Shown here: positions 30,645-41,897 of the stretch, piece by piece
How the letters are laid out: every line of letters starts with the position of its first letter
Numbering within the stretch: position 1 is the first letter of the stretch
NCBI GenBank assembly: GCA_965222375.1
Contig: CBDCTZ010000015.1
Location: forward strand, 1,120,001 to 1,184,000
Origin: Polyangiaceae bacterium
Lineage (GTDB): Bacteria > Myxococcota_A > Polyangia > Polyangiales > Polyangiaceae
Reading direction: 5' to 3'
Length of the DNA: 64,000 bases
Translations under genes and position numbers: made by a program
Notes under the pieces: generated by a model
Told to the model about the DNA's origin: nothing
Database searches by the model: none
The model's input: only the letters and a program-made list of their open reading frames with translations

Positions 30645-33600
30645 TCACATCTCCTTTGGAACTGCATCGGGCAGAGACTGTGTGGTGGAGAGAATGTCGA
30701 GCCTAACGCCCCAGCTACGTCGAAGTGCTACGGCAATGCCGCCGTCCGTGGCCTGCGGCTGTAGCACCATCCGTCCGTGCAGAACACGCGCCCCCGCAAT
30801 GTGAACCTTTTTGCCCTTCGGCGAAAGGCGTATGGCGAACGTGACGGGCAGCTTAGTTCCGCTCTTCAGTAGCCAGATGTGTCCATCCTCGCTGGTGACT
30901 ACCGCGAAGCGGTCCGCAAACGGACCGCGCGGCCACTTCGCGAGCAAGCTGCTGGCGCCTGAGGTCATATCGTAGGCTAGCAGCCGGACCTGTCGGAGCT
31001 TCAGAAGCCACGGGTGCTTGTGCTTTCGCCGCTTTTTCGGCTTCTTGCCCTTGTGTTTCTTCCACTTTGTTCCTGACTTCTTGCTTCCAGACCCCGCATC
31101 GGAAGGCGTGTCCGGTTGCTCGAATAGCTCCATCTCGTCCAGAACCAACAGGCGACGATTGACGTAGTCATACCCGGCGGCAAGCACAAGCCTCGGTCGG
31201 TGATCTGGTTCCCTGAACAACCGACGCCAGAAGCGGCGGTCTAGATCGTAGTGCCATATCTCGCTCAACGTTTGCTGATCTTGCACGCCACCCACCAAGA
31301 AGAGACTGCGCTCGGTGGCCGACAGGGCTGCGAGGCTACCCGATCTATCCCTTGGAACGAACTTTGACGTCGGTAACGAGTTGAAGGCCGGTTCGGTGAA
31401 CGGCGGTTCCATGAGGGCAGCAGCCATTCCTGGGTTGGGATCGCCACAGAGCTCGGGCTGCTCATCGCCGAACTTCCCGTTGGGTAGGCAGTCGACCTGC
31501 CCGTCACAAGGTACGAAACAGCTGGCATTGCATGCCAATGTGCCAGTCGTGCAGGCAACGCCACTTGCATCACATACGAATGGAGACTCATCGTTGTACT
31601 GGCTATCGACTTCAAGCAAACAGGTGAGGTCGGAAACGGGAATCTCGGATGACACTGAGTTGCCGATCACCCCGTCGCAGGGAATGACGCAGCGCAGCCC
31701 ACCCGCGCATCGCGCAAGGACGCGGCCAGCGGTGCAAGTGACGCCCGAGCTTGGCGTTGGAATCGAAAGCGTGCCTTCGGGAGTTGTCACAATTTCAGCA
31801 ACAGGCCCCGACTGAATCCATGGGTCGCTAATGGCAACGGCCTGCGTGTTCAAGGAATGCCGTCGCAGAAGCGCTGGAGGCTCGGCAGGGTTCACCCACG
31901 CAACACCGCCAGTCGTCAACAGCGACCGGAGTGTTGGGGAGACGAAAGCAGTCACGTCAAGAGGCTCGGTGGTTCCCAGGCTGATGACCGTCTCGGTGTT
32001 GCCGGCTGCCAACCACGCCGGATCGACGAGGCCCTCAGCAAGACCTTGGCGGAGAGTTGGATCGACGGCGGGCTGCACGATCCAGCCGCGAATACCTGGA
32101 TCGAAGAACAGACCACATTGGGGACCAAAACAGTCTGGGTCCCCGACAGGCACATCCAAGAACTGGGTGAACTTGATCCGCCATGCTGTGCTGGACACGT
32201 AAGTGTGCGTGTCCCGCAAGCGTCCTTGAGTGGTCAAGTCGCGAGGTGACGTGTGAGGGCTCAAACTCACTCGACTCCAGAAGAGTCCACCAACCTGCAG
32301 GTCTCCGCCCTGAGGGAACGGGTGCGCCTCCACGGCGCCTCCCTGGCCTGAAGTGGAGAGGTCCTTGGCGAAGCGCCACGCAAGCATTTCCCGATGACCG
32401 ATACGTGTTCGCTCGAGTTCGTCGACGTTGGCGTACGCGATACCACTGAGCGTTGAGGAGTCCGGGTACTTTCCAGCATCAAAAATGTCGCCTGTGAATT
32501 CATTCTGTCTGAGGAGCACGTCGCCGCGATTCTCGGCATTCTGAGGGAGTGGCGCAAAGATGAAGGGAGTCCAACCAGGGTAGCTGCTGCCGACGGTTAT
32601 TTGCTTCCAATCGGTCTGACCAGTGAATGCATCAAAGGCGGATGGGCACAGTTGCGCCAAGCATTCGCTCTTGGCCAAGAACTTTCCGGTCTGAACGCTG
32701 AAACAGTCACAGAACCGAAAACCCGCGACACCAGAACGGGGAGCGTTAGCGATTCCGTCGGGCGAGGAAGGGCTGTCCGCGCGACCGTAGGTCGTGGTCG
32801 CGTCGAGGAGGATGGTGTTGCGAACGTTCGAGGCGCCTGTTGGGTTTGGTGGGCCGAACGGCGCGGTGTCGACCGCGATGCGGACCTGACGGGCGATCAG
32901 CTGAGGCACCTCGTCGCACACGTCGCCCTCTTCAGGCTGCGACTCTCGAGTTTCGGCAACCAAGTTGGAGTTGGCGGTCAGATTCAGGTTCTTGACGCTT
33001 CTGCAACCGTCGCAGGTGTCTCCAAGGCCATCCCGGTCAAGGTCGGACTGGCCGCTGCAGGTGTTTGCCTCGCCCAGGCACATCGAGTTCGCACCACCCT
33101 GACACGGCCCGCCAGTGAAACAAGGTAGGCGCTTGTTTTCCTTGAATGGACAATTGTCGCAACTCGCGGGGATGCCATCGCCGTCATCGTCGTGGCCCGT
33201 CCCTGCGCCGAAATCCTCGGGGCACGGATCGCAAACGTCTCCTATGCCGTCGAAGTCGAAGTCGAGTTGCAGAGGATTCATGTCTGCAGGGCAATTGTCG
33301 CAGGCGTCGCCGATTCCGTCACCGGTCGTTCCGTTTTCCGTGTCCAGCTGGTTGGTGTTGGCGCACTGACCAATGGAACCTTGCAGGCAGGCGAAGGCTT
33401 TCTTTGGGTTGCAGTTGTCGACTGCATCCCGGATTTCATCTCCGTCCGCGTCAATCAAGTACTGCCGGATGAACGATCCGTTGGCCTCACCGTTGTCCCA
33501 AGTAGGCGACCACCATCGGCCGTCTCCGTCGGTTTCTCCTGCACCAAACTCACCTGCGCTGAATACTCCGAACTGCGTGTCCACTAGTCCGTTTTGGCGA

Positions 33601-34397
33601 AATGTAATGGGACCTCCCGAATCAGTGATGAACGGTTGTGAAACACCCGAGGATTCAATCTCGATGACTAGGCCGTCTTCACAGCCAAATCCGAGGAGCC
33701 CACATTGTTCATTGAAACTCACTGAGAACCCGGGGACCCCAAGGTGTCGTGCCGTGCCGTTGTCATTGCTACCGGGTCCTCCAGCCCAGCCGATGATATT
33801 CATCGTGCCGAAGAATGTGCCCTTGGGAAAGTCATTCCAAATCCTGTCAGTGAAGTCGCCCGACGTGTACACGGGCAGTACTCCAACTAGCTCCTGCGGG
33901 CTCAAGTTGCGATTGAGCGTCAGAAGGGCGAGGTCTCTAGTCTTTCCCTTGTCTGTGATTTTGGTGTCCCCGTCACAATTGCCTTTGGTCCCGTGAAAAT
34001 CGAGATAGGTGGCGCCGATGTTGTTCGATCCATTCGGGTTGATGACACCCGGCAGCATGAAAGTGAACGGCCCGGCGGTCGCTTGGCACACACAGTGTGC
34101 CGCCGTGAGTATTAGATCCCTCTGTATCACGGACGCCGAGCAGTTGAAGCCGGTCGTTTGATTCGTAAGGTATCCCACGGCCGCTTCTGGAAGGCTCGTC
34201 GAGTTCGTGACATTGACGGTGAATCCACCCTGGATTGCCTCCTCACGCTGGCTCACAGCGCTGTTGTCAATGTCGCCCGCGCAGCCGGTGAGGCTTCCGC
34301 CAGCAATCACTGCTGCGCTCGTGCCTCCGATGAGCAGCCCGAGCCCGGCGGTTCGATGCAACCAGCGGCCAACCGAACGCGACTTGCGATTCGTCAT
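30645..34397 (-). CDS. Trypsin-like serine protease lipoprotein with thrombospondin type 3 repeats and a C-terminal propeller-like region
   Basis: LTAAHC, DLALL, TDSGGP triad motifs; [10 protein letters not shown] repeats; LTGC lipobox. Confidence 0.85.
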   Translation of the reverse strand: MTNRKSRSVGRWLHRTAGLGLLIGGTSAAVIAGGSLTGCAGDIDNSAVSQREEAIQGGFTVNVTNSTSLPEAAVGYLTNQTTGFNCSASVIQRDLILTAAHCVCQATAGPFTFMLPGVINPNGSNNIGATYLDFHGTKGNCDGDTKITDKGKTRDLALLTLNRNLSPQELVGVLPVYTSGDFTDRIWNDFPKGTFFGTMNIIGWAGGPGSNDNGTARHLGVPGFSVSFNEQCGLLGFGCEDGLVIEIESSGVSQPFITDSGGPITFRQNGLVDTQFGVFSAGEFGAGETDGDGRWWSPTWDNGEANGSFIRQYLIDADGDEIRDAVDNCNPKKAFACLQGSIGQCANTNQLDTENGTTGDGIGDACDNCPADMNPLQLDFDFDGIGDVCDPCPEDFGAGTGHDDDGDGIPASCDNCPFKENKRLPCFTGGPCQGGANSMCLGEANTCSGQSDLDRDGLGDTCDGCRSVKNLNLTANSNLVAETRESQPEEGDVCDEVPQLIARQVRIAVDTAPFGPPNPTGASNVRNTILLDATTTYGRADSPSSPDGIANAPRSGVAGFRFCDCFSVQTGKFLAKSECLAQLCPSAFDAFTGQTDWKQITVGSSYPGWTPFIFAPLPQNAENRGDVLLRQNEFTGDIFDAGKYPDSSTLSGIAYANVDELERTRIGHREMLAWRFAKDLSTSGQGGAVEAHPFPQGGDLQVGGLFWSRVSLSPHTSPRDLTTQGRLRDTHTYVSSTAWRIKFTQFLDVPVGDPDCFGPQCGLFFDPGIRGWIVQPAVDPTLRQGLAEGLVDPAWLAAGNTETVISLGTTEPLDVTAFVSPTLRSLLTTGGVAWVNPAEPPALLRRHSLNTQAVAISDPWIQSGPVAEIVTTPEGTLSIPTPSSGVTCTAGRVLARCAGGLRCVIPCDGVIGNSVSSEIPVSDLTCLLEVDSQYNDESPFVCDASGVACTTGTLACNASCFVPCDGQVDCLPNGKFGDEQPELCGDPNPGMAAALMEPPFTEPAFNSLPTSKFVPRDRSGSLAALSATERSLFLVGGVQDQQTLSEIWHYDLDRRFWRRLFREPDHRPRLVLAAGYDYVNRRLLVLDEMELFEQPDTPSDAGSGSKKSGTKWKKHKGKKPKKRRKHKHPWLLKLRQVRLLAYDMTSGASSLLAKWPRGPFADRFAVVTSEDGHIWLLKSGTKLPVTFAIRLSPKGKKVHIAGARVLHGRMVLQPQATDGGIAVALRRSWGVRLDILSTTQSLPDAVPKEM

Positions 34398-35102
34398 GAG
34401 TTCCTCCCGACACTTTCGCCCCCAGTGAACCACTCTACGGTTTCACGTAGCACGGTCAAGCGACGCCCTGCGCCCAATGGCGCGCGCACCTAGCGGCGCA
34501 CCCGTGCCTACATCGACGCACGGCCGATGCGTTTGTTCGCTGACGGCGGAGGGCAGTTGAGCAAGTTCTGCGCGATCGACCGTTCACCTTTGACAGAGTC
34601 CCTGGTTTCGGAGCGACTGCGCGATCTGGATGAAACGCAAATGACGTCGACGCAGCGGGTTTCGGTCCATGAGCTCAAGCAAGTTTTGGAAGCGTCTGCG
34701 CCCACTAGGGGTTCGGAAGGGACATACCCGCGACGGGAACGTCTACTACGTACGTCTCAGGAACCCCTATTTTTCCGTGAGGTGTGAAAGCTGGTGAATG
34801 ATTGTGAACGGAGCTTGAACTCAGACGAGCGCAATTCTCAGCAGAATTGGACGTTCTCCAAATCGCCCGTCGTTCCAGCGTGAGTGAAACAACTAGATCG
34901 TGGAACGGAGGTTACGTGAACTTCCGCCGTCGTATCCGCCCGCGGACGCTTTGGTCGGCTTAGACTCCTGCCGTGCCGAGCTAGGAACTTGGCGGTTGGC
35001 AGAAGACGACGCTGGTTCGCCACCAGGTTGGCGTGGGTCTTTTCGTCGAGCTCTCGGGTGGCGAAGTGAATGTCGAAATCGACGATACCGGACCGGCACC
35101 GC

Positions 35103-35381
35103 TCAGCCTGCGTCTTGATTCGAACTCCAGATCAATCTGCGGTTGGACGGAGAATGAAGCCAGCGAAATCTGATCTTCTTGTGGCCCCAATCGATGCGGT
35201 ATCCGCCGAAGTCATCCAGGCGATCTTTGATCTGAGCTTTCTCGACAGCGGGGGCCCATTCATTCTCCCACATCATGCGCACGAAGAAGAGCCAGAAGAA
35301 CGCCAGCATGATCAAGGGGACTGCAACACCGAGCGCCGCCCACAGGAAGACCTGGAACGGATCCGAGAAGTACTCACCCAT
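35103..35381 (-). CDS. Small membrane protein, possibly truncated
   Basis: ATG 2 nt after the sulfatase stop; one TM helix. Confidence 0.5.
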   Translation of the reverse strand: MGEYFSDPFQVFLWAALGVAVPLIMLAFFWLFFVRMMWENEWAPAVEKAQIKDRLDDFGGYRIDWGHKKIRFRWLHSPSNRRLIWSSNQDAG

Positions 35382-35382
35382 G

Positions 35383-36765
35383 TCAGTAACGCTGCCCCGG
35401 GGGCGCACCCTTCAGGCTGGCGCCGCCGACGACGGGTAACACTTTGACCTGGCCCCAGAGCTCTTTGTCGAGGGCGCGCATGCGGCGGAAGACTTCGCGC
35501 TCTTTGACGTGGAGCTCTTTCTTCTCTTTGTAGTCTTTGCCGGCGTTGAAGAGTTGGAAGCCGCGGTTGTCGCCGTACACGACCAGCTTGTAGTCACCGT
35601 CGATGATGGCGCGACGTTTGTCCATCAGGTTGCCGCGAGGCAAATCCACAATGACGGGCCGCGGTTTGACTTCGGCGCCGAAGACCTCGGGCACGAGGCT
35701 CACGCCTCTATAACCTTCGACGGAAAGCGACATCAGCTCGGCCATGGTGGGAGCCAGATCGATCGCGCCCCGCGGCGCTTCGATGCGGCGGGGCTTGGCG
35801 CCGGGCACGTGGATGATCAGCGGGACGCGAACCAAGCTCTCCCAGACTTCGTAGGCATGACGGTAGTGACCGCGCTCGCCGAAGCCCTCGCCGTGATCCG
35901 CCGTGATGATCACCACGGTATTCTTGCCCCAGGGCTGCGCCTGCGCCCAATCCACCAGATTGCCCACCCAGCGATCCGTGTAGTGGACCTCGTTGTCGTA
36001 GAGATCGCGCCGCTTGTTGCCGAAGTCCGGCGACTCCTTGTGCTTCACGTAGCGGTAGTGCGGATCGAGGAAATGGAAGTAGGCGAAGAAGGTGCGCTTG
36101 CCGGTGGCGTCGACGTTCTTCGGGTCCGACAACATCTCTTTGGCCAGGACATTGAGGCGATCACTGTTCACGTCATGCACGCCTGTCTTGTCCAAAAACG
36201 TGCCTTTCAACAAACGGTAGTCATCGAAGCCTTGATTCACGCCGAAGGGCGCCAAGAAGTAGCCGTGGCCGTTTCCGGTCAGAGTGCGCACGCCTTTGGC
36301 CTGAGCGCGCTCGCTGATCAGTTCGTTTTCCGGATACCAACGCGTGAAGAAGCGGCCGTCGCGCTTCATTTCGCTCGGGTACCTGCCGCACAGCATGGGT
36401 ACGACACTGTTCGCCGTATAACTGCTGAGAGAGTACGCGCGCGGGTAGAGGGTGGAGCGCTCGGCGAACTTGGTGAGCCAGGGCGCGATGTCCCGTGGGT
36501 ATCCCGCCCAGGGCATATCCGCGCGAAGCGCGTCGATGGTGATCAATAGGACGTTGTAGGGCGGGTTTGGTTTTGGGGGCTTTGGCCTGGTGGGCTCCTT
36601 GGGCGACGGCGAAGCACTCGCTTGGGCAGCCGTTGGCCTCGGCGCTGACGACGCCGGTGTCGGTGGAGTTGGCTCTCGGGTTTGCTCGTTCCGCCCGCCT
36701 GCGCAGTGACCGAGAGACAGCGCGAGCAGCATCGTGGCTATGCGAGCGGTGGAGCCGAACAACAT
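35383..36765 (-). CDS. Sulfatase/alkaline-phosphatase superfamily lipoprotein
   Basis: NVLLITIDALRAD, HFLDPH, ITADHGEGFGE, VRVPL; Thr at the nucleophile position (SYTANS), no CxPxR. Confidence 0.9.
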   Translation of the reverse strand: MLFGSTARIATMLLALSLGHCAGGRNEQTREPTPPTPASSAPRPTAAQASASPSPKEPTRPKPPKPNPPYNVLLITIDALRADMPWAGYPRDIAPWLTKFAERSTLYPRAYSLSSYTANSVVPMLCGRYPSEMKRDGRFFTRWYPENELISERAQAKGVRTLTGNGHGYFLAPFGVNQGFDDYRLLKGTFLDKTGVHDVNSDRLNVLAKEMLSDPKNVDATGKRTFFAYFHFLDPHYRYVKHKESPDFGNKRRDLYDNEVHYTDRWVGNLVDWAQAQPWGKNTVVIITADHGEGFGERGHYRHAYEVWESLVRVPLIIHVPGAKPRRIEAPRGAIDLAPTMAELMSLSVEGYRGVSLVPEVFGAEVKPRPVIVDLPRGNLMDKRRAIIDGDYKLVVYGDNRGFQLFNAGKDYKEKKELHVKEREVFRRMRALDKELWGQVKVLPVVGGASLKGAPPGQRY

Positions 36766-36949
36766 GTCAATTTCATATCATCCCGGCGTAAGTCCGCGCC
36801 GGTCTTTCGAGTGTGCCCGACCCACTCACATCTGCTTGCTCTACGCGGCACAGAAACGACCCAGCGATGCGACTGGAATCGTCGACCGCTGACGCGCGGC
36901 CAGCCAACCGCTCGCGTGCACCTCTCCCGACGTGAGGTTTTTCGGGGGG

Positions 36950-36980
36950 TTGATCCTCACGCGGCGTGAGGGCGCACGAT
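36950..36980 (+). promoter_or_regulatory. MerR-type promoter with operator palindrome
   Basis: -35 TTGATC, 19-bp spacer, -10 CACGAT; dyad CCTCACG-cgg-CGTGAGG at 36955-36971. Confidence 0.85.
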
Positions 36981-36992
36981 AAGCTGGTCATC

Positions 36993-37727
36993 GTGAACGA
37001 ACCGTCGAAGGACAAGGCAGCGTTGAAGGTTGCAGCGGTCGCCCGACGCACTGGTGTTTCGGTGCGGACACTGCACTATTACGAGGAGATCGGTCTGCTC
37101 AAGCCCTCAGCACGCACGCCGGCCGGGCATCGCCTCTACACCCCAGCGGACATCCAGCGGTTGCAGCAAATCCGAAGCCTGCAACAGCTGGGTTTGCCAC
37201 TGTCGGCCGTAGGGAATTGCTTGACCGACGAGCGCTTCGACGCTCGCCAGGTGATCAGCGATCACTTGGCGAAGATCCAAGAACAACGCGCCGACCTGCA
37301 GCGGCTGGAGCTTCAACTTCAGAAGCTGGCAAATCAACTCGCCAGCGACGACCACGGTGACAATGCCCAAACAACCGAAACCCTATTGAACGCATTGGAG
37401 CTAATCACCATGTACGACAAGTATTTCACGCCTGAACAGCAGCAGCGACTCCAGACCCACGCTGAAAGTGGAGAGGAAGCCGTCTCGCCGGTCATCAAAG
37501 AGCTAGAGTCCGCTCGCCAGCGAGGATTGCCGCCGAGCGATCCCGAAACCCAGCGCCTCTGGCAGCGGTTTCGAGAAGCCGTGGAGTTCGTTGCGGGCGG
37601 CGACGCGGAAATGACCGCCGCGATCTACAAGTTGCTGCACAGCGAACCGAAGGCACGGGAGGAACACGGCATCTCGGAAGAGCTGTTCGCATACCTGGGG
37701 AGCATTGCAGGCATCCCGGAGCACTGA
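36993..37727 (+). CDS. MerR family regulator (TipA/AlbA-like)
   Basis: GVSVRTLHYYEEIGLLKPS...GHRLY; internal MYDKYFTPEQ. Confidence 0.92.
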   Translation: MNEPSKDKAALKVAAVARRTGVSVRTLHYYEEIGLLKPSARTPAGHRLYTPADIQRLQQIRSLQQLGLPLSAVGNCLTDERFDARQVISDHLAKIQEQRADLQRLELQLQKLANQLASDDHGDNAQTTETLLNALELITMYDKYFTPEQQQRLQTHAESGEEAVSPVIKELESARQRGLPPSDPETQRLWQRFREAVEFVAGGDAEMTAAIYKLLHSEPKAREEHGISEELFAYLGSIAGIPEH

Positions 37728-37748
37728 CGAGGGACCGCGCAGGCCGGC

Positions 37749-38159
37749 CTATTCGTTCCGTGGCTGGTGTAGCTTGATGGAGAGCAGCCTGCTGTAGCGT
37801 TCGAAGTCCCGGTCAGTCGTGAACACCAGGATCTTGCGTCTCAGAGCGACGGCACAGATCAACAAGTCTGTGCTCGAGCCCTGCACGCCCTTCGAACGAC
37901 AGAGGTTGAAGCAGCTAGCCGCATCCTCGTAGTCCGCTTGCTCGAGCTGCAGGTCGGGAAACGCCCTCAATCGCGCCTTCAGAGCACGATAGTGAGCGTC
38001 GGTCCTGATGCCGGACAACAGCTCCTGACGAATTGGGCCAAGCATCAACACTCGGCCCTCCCGAATCAGCTCGGTGAGTTCGGATGTCGACAGGTTGGAC
38101 TTTGGTTTAGGCCGCCTGAGCGCCAGGGACCACACGGAGGTGTCGACCAGGACGTTCAT
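37749..38159 (-). CDS. vapC: VapC PIN-domain toxin
   Basis: VLVDTSVW, QELLSG, TDLLICA, TTDRDF. Confidence 0.93.
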   Translation of the reverse strand: MNVLVDTSVWSLALRRPKPKSNLSTSELTELIREGRVLMLGPIRQELLSGIRTDAHYRALKARLRAFPDLQLEQADYEDAASCFNLCRSKGVQGSSTDLLICAVALRRKILVFTTDRDFERYSRLLSIKLHQPRNE

Positions 38160-38356
38160 TTCCGGCGGCGCTGCTTTTTGTAGTCGTACTTCGGGTCGAA
38201 CTCGAGGCTACCGAACAGGTCGATGACCTTCGCCTGCTTTCGGCGCTGGATGTACTCTGCCAGCGCCTCATTCACCGTGGCCTTTTTGGTCGCGTGCCCT
38301 CCGAGTTTGAGTGCCTCCGAAAGTAGCTTTTCGTCGATTGCGAGGTTGGTGGCCAT
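38156..38356 (-). CDS. vapB: VapB antitoxin
   Basis: MATNLAIDEKLLSEA...TKKATVNEALAEYIQRRKQ; overlaps the vapC start. Confidence 0.92.
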   Translation of the reverse strand: MATNLAIDEKLLSEALKLGGHATKKATVNEALAEYIQRRKQAKVIDLFGSLEFDPKYDYKKQRRRK

Positions 38357-38384
38357 GTGTGAAGTCTTACACATATGCGTGTGT
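38355..38384. promoter_or_regulatory. Putative VapBC operator (overlapping TGTGT/ACACA dyads)
   Basis: ATGTGT-gaagtctt-ACACAT and ACACA-tatgcg-TGTGT directly at the vapB start. Confidence 0.6.
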
Positions 38385-38953
38385 GAACCAAGCCCGCGGG
38401 GGCTGGGTGGCACACCAATCGGGTCGGGCTTGCCGCCGCGCACGTTCCCCCATCGGTAGCCAGACGACCGAGTTGCTCGAAAAGCGACGTTTGGCGGCGA
38501 GGGCGAAGCAATCACTCGCGCCGACGTAGCCCGGTGAAGCTCGCCGCGGGTCAGCGTAAGACCATCGGCGCGCTGTTGAAGCGATTGGTCGTATGCACAG
38601 GCAGAGAAGACACCCGGTTTCCCGGAATGCGAAGACGGCTGCGCGAACCAGATCACGTCGCCTGCTCGCTGCGAATCAGGAGGCTGCGTCGCTTATCAGG
38701 TCGATCCCCGCGACGAGAGTAAGATCACAAGACGGCCTTATTGCACGCGAGTAGAGCGCTGAGGCGCTGAACAAACGAGCGCGAAAAACTTCCGTGGCGT
38801 CAGCTGCGCCCTTGCTAGAGTTACGCTGCCATGGAAGGCCCCCAGAATCGAATAGAAGAGCGACTGCGTTGCGTCCTTCGCCAACGAGACTGCTCACGGC
38901 AAGGTCGTGTCGGGGAATGGGTGGCGGCTTTGGGTCGTAGAAGACATGCAGCG

Positions 38954-39766
38954 ATGCGTCTGAGCGGGACAGATTGGCGGATGTGGCGGGTTCGGGCGCT
39001 TGCACCCCTAGCCGCTCTGGCCGCAGCCAGCTCCCTGGGCTGCGCGCCGCCGGCTTTCGGGTCCGGCGTGTTCGACTCGCCCCACGCCGCTCCACCGGTT
39101 CGTGCGCCGCAGCCTTCGACTCCGAACGCCGTACGCTCCGTCAACAACGAGGCGCGTCGGGATCGGCCCTTGAGCGAAGAAGAACAGCGCGCGTTGGCCA
39201 GCGGCCAAACCGTGCAGCGCCCCTTCATCGTTGAGCGCGGCGGCCGGCGCTACATCGGTGGCGTGTGCTACCAACGCGTCGACGTCCCTCCCGAGCGGGT
39301 GCTGCACCACTTGTACAGCGTCGAGGCAGTTCCCGAGTGGTTGCCCGACACACGCTCCGCCGACCTCGAAGCGAAAGACGCCAAGGGACTCAATATTCGA
39401 CTAGTGCAAGGCGAAGGCGTCTACCGCGTGGCCTACTCGCTGCGCGTCGAGCGAAAACGGGACGAAGCTCTGTTCTTCTGGCTCGACACCAAGAGCGCTC
39501 ACGACGTCCGAGACGTGTGGGGCGCCTTCCGCGTTGCACCCATGAACGACGACAAGTCGAGTTTGATAACCGTCACCGTCGCCCTCGACCTCGGCCCGAC
39601 GTTAGTGCGAATGGTATTCGAAGAAGAGATCCACGAAACTATCTTGCACATCCCCGGCGACATCCGCCGCTTTGTCGAGCGACAAGAACGCGTCTCCCGC
39701 GGCGTCGAGCTTCGGAAATCCTACGGTGCGTCGCGCGATGTCAGCGTCACGCAGCCTCGTGGGTGA
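38954..39766 (+). CDS. SRPBCC/START-like lipoprotein
   Basis: SLGC lipobox; VDVPPERV...PEWLP pattern; start uncertain. Confidence 0.65.
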   Translation: MRLSGTDWRMWRVRALAPLAALAAASSLGCAPPAFGSGVFDSPHAAPPVRAPQPSTPNAVRSVNNEARRDRPLSEEEQRALASGQTVQRPFIVERGGRRYIGGVCYQRVDVPPERVLHHLYSVEAVPEWLPDTRSADLEAKDAKGLNIRLVQGEGVYRVAYSLRVERKRDEALFFWLDTKSAHDVRDVWGAFRVAPMNDDKSSLITVTVALDLGPTLVRMVFEEEIHETILHIPGDIRRFVERQERVSRGVELRKSYGASRDVSVTQPRG

Positions 39767-39780
39767 TGCCACTTGAAGCG

Positions 39781-40150
39781 TCACAGACTGAACGTCGTCG
39801 GACTCTGCTCGCCTGGGAGAAAGAGGAAGCCGCCAAAAAGCTTGTCGGGCTTGGTGGCACCCTGAACCTGACAACTGGGTGTCGAGGATTCCCACGGCTT
39901 GGCCGCCCCTACTTGGATCAACCAGGCTTCAGGCGCGTCCTCCTCAATCGCCTTGTTTTCGTCGCCTGGGGTACCCCAAACACAGGTAAAGTCCTTGCCG
40001 TCGCCATGAAAGCTCAAACTACAGGTCGGCTGTGAAACGTCCACCTGGTAGCTGGAGCCCAACACGAAGTAGGCGTCGGCACCACCACCGACCATGCTGA
40101 CCTTGAGCGTGTAGCTTCCGTTGAAACGAGCCCAGAGGCTACCGGGTACG
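39781..40150 (-). CDS. Hypothetical protein C-terminal part, start unresolved
   Basis: Protein-like frame (SLWARFNGSYTLKV...PTTFSL*) with no convincing start. Confidence 0.35.
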
Positions 40151-40423
40151 CCGCCGGAGCATGAACCGGTCGCGCCACCGATGCCGCCTGCGCTACCACG
40201 CAGAGCGAATCCGCCCCGGCCGCGACAGTCTCCGCCGCGCCGCCCAGCGTTGCGAGCTCCACGCCAGCGCCAGCGGTCAACTTCAGCTGGCGGGCTGACG
40301 ATGGCACAACGCCACTTCCAAACCGCCCCTAGGCGCTTGCAGGCGCGTAGATGCAGTGCCGGTGGCAGGGTCGTCGCTCGGCGCAAGTTGGTGATGCATG
40401 GGATGTGGTATGCGAGTTGACGC

Positions 40424-40996
40424 ATGCCCCGTGCCCACATTGCCGCGATCGCGATCGCCCTAGGTCCAGTGCACGTGGGGTGCTCCTCAAAACCCGCACC
40501 GCAGTCCGAAACCGCAGCACAACCGGCCACCTCTAAAGCGCCCGACGAACCCGCGTCAGCGACCACGGCCTCCGTCGCCCCAGCACCAGCCGCTTCGGCT
40601 CCAGCTCCGAGTTTGTCCGCCGCCCCAACCGGTGAGCGTCCGTCGAAGTTGACTTGTCGTTGTGGGGTGCTGGATTTCGAATCCGACGGACCGCCCAAGG
40701 GAAGCTGCGTGCTGACCTTCGCGGAAAACGGCGCCGCGACGCTTGGGAGCGTGCAAGCCAAGCCGCAGTTCACGGCGAAGCTCGAACCGAAGAAGCGCAA
40801 ACCAGGCGAACGGGTCTACTACGCCTTCGACGGCGTGTTCGAGTTCGAATGCCAAGAGAGCTGGTGCGGTCGCCAAGAGTTGAGCGTGCTCTCGGTCGCC
40901 GAGTACTACTATCGTGTCACCGTAGCCCGTAGCGCCGACGGTCCGCCCAGCCATGTACTTTGGGTGACGTGCCCGCCCCTCCCTACTTCTGGCTGA
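40424..40996 (+). CDS. Hypothetical lipoprotein
   Basis: HVGC lipobox, Pro/Ala linker, Cys-containing domain. Confidence 0.65.
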   Translation: MPRAHIAAIAIALGPVHVGCSSKPAPQSETAAQPATSKAPDEPASATTASVAPAPAASAPAPSLSAAPTGERPSKLTCRCGVLDFESDGPPKGSCVLTFAENGAATLGSVQAKPQFTAKLEPKKRKPGERVYYAFDGVFEFECQESWCGRQELSVLSVAEYYYRVTVARSADGPPSHVLWVTCPPLPTSG

Positions 40997-41675
40997 TGCC
41001 GCAAGGCGCGCCGGAGTTCAGGTCCAAGTTCAGTTCGAGGGGCTTGGACGGCGCAGTCGACGTTACGGAGGTCGTCCATGAGAGCTCCTGCGCATCGCAG
41101 GTTCCGTCGTCGTCAACATCCATCCACAGGAAGAGAGCTTGGGACGCAGCGTGGACAAAGACGCTGTTTTCAAAGACGATATCAATAGCAGAGCCCTGCT
41201 TCACGGCCGATTCGTGTTGGAAGGTGGACTCGGGCTCGCCCGGAAGGCTCAGTTCGCCTCGAACGCGCGCGCCATCGTAGCCAGAACCGTCCAGCCGAAC
41301 GCGCAGGTCCACTGGACACAGCATCCCGTCGTGCGTGTCGTAGAGATTGTCCAGGCGTCGGTCATAGGGCGACCCCGGACACCCAGCAGCGCGGTAGGCA
41401 ACCCGCCCTGAACAGTCGCAAACGTAGAACGGAGCTGCCGCGGAACATGGTATCTCGCTGACGCAGCTCCAAGCGCTACCGCAGCCAGCTGGACCGACGC
41501 ACCAACCCTTTCCGCACTCTGCGTTGCTCTTGCATCCCGCTTTTGCGGCGCCAACTCCGTTCGTGGGATCGCTATCCGTGGTGCCACCGCAGGCAAGGCT
41601 CAGGAGCAAGCAAGAGGCGATGCCTCCGAGGACAGACCGGATCCAGCGCCAATGGTTGGGCAGGAAGTGCGACAT
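40983..41675 (-). CDS. Cys-rich lipoprotein
   Basis: LSLAC lipobox; CKSNAECGKGWC...VCDC. Confidence 0.65.
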   Translation of the reverse strand: MSHFLPNHWRWIRSVLGGIASCLLLSLACGGTTDSDPTNGVGAAKAGCKSNAECGKGWCVGPAGCGSAWSCVSEIPCSAAAPFYVCDCSGRVAYRAAGCPGSPYDRRLDNLYDTHDGMLCPVDLRVRLDGSGYDGARVRGELSLPGEPESTFQHESAVKQGSAIDIVFENSVFVHAASQALFLWMDVDDDGTCDAQELSWTTSVTSTAPSKPLELNLDLNSGAPCGISQK

Positions 41676-41897
41676 GGACGGGCGGCATGAGCAAGGGGCG
41701 TGCCGGCCCGGATCAGCGGGATCCAAGGGATCTTGCATCCCGGGCGGTGGCACACTTGTCTCGGAGGCGGCACAGATCCGGACGGCGCCATCCGACACCC
41801 AAGGCAGGGATGTCGACAGCGGGGAGCGTCGCTTGGCGGCCGCCTTCAAGGCGGAGCTTTCCTCGATGAAGCGCCAACAAGGCGATGGCTAATCGGG

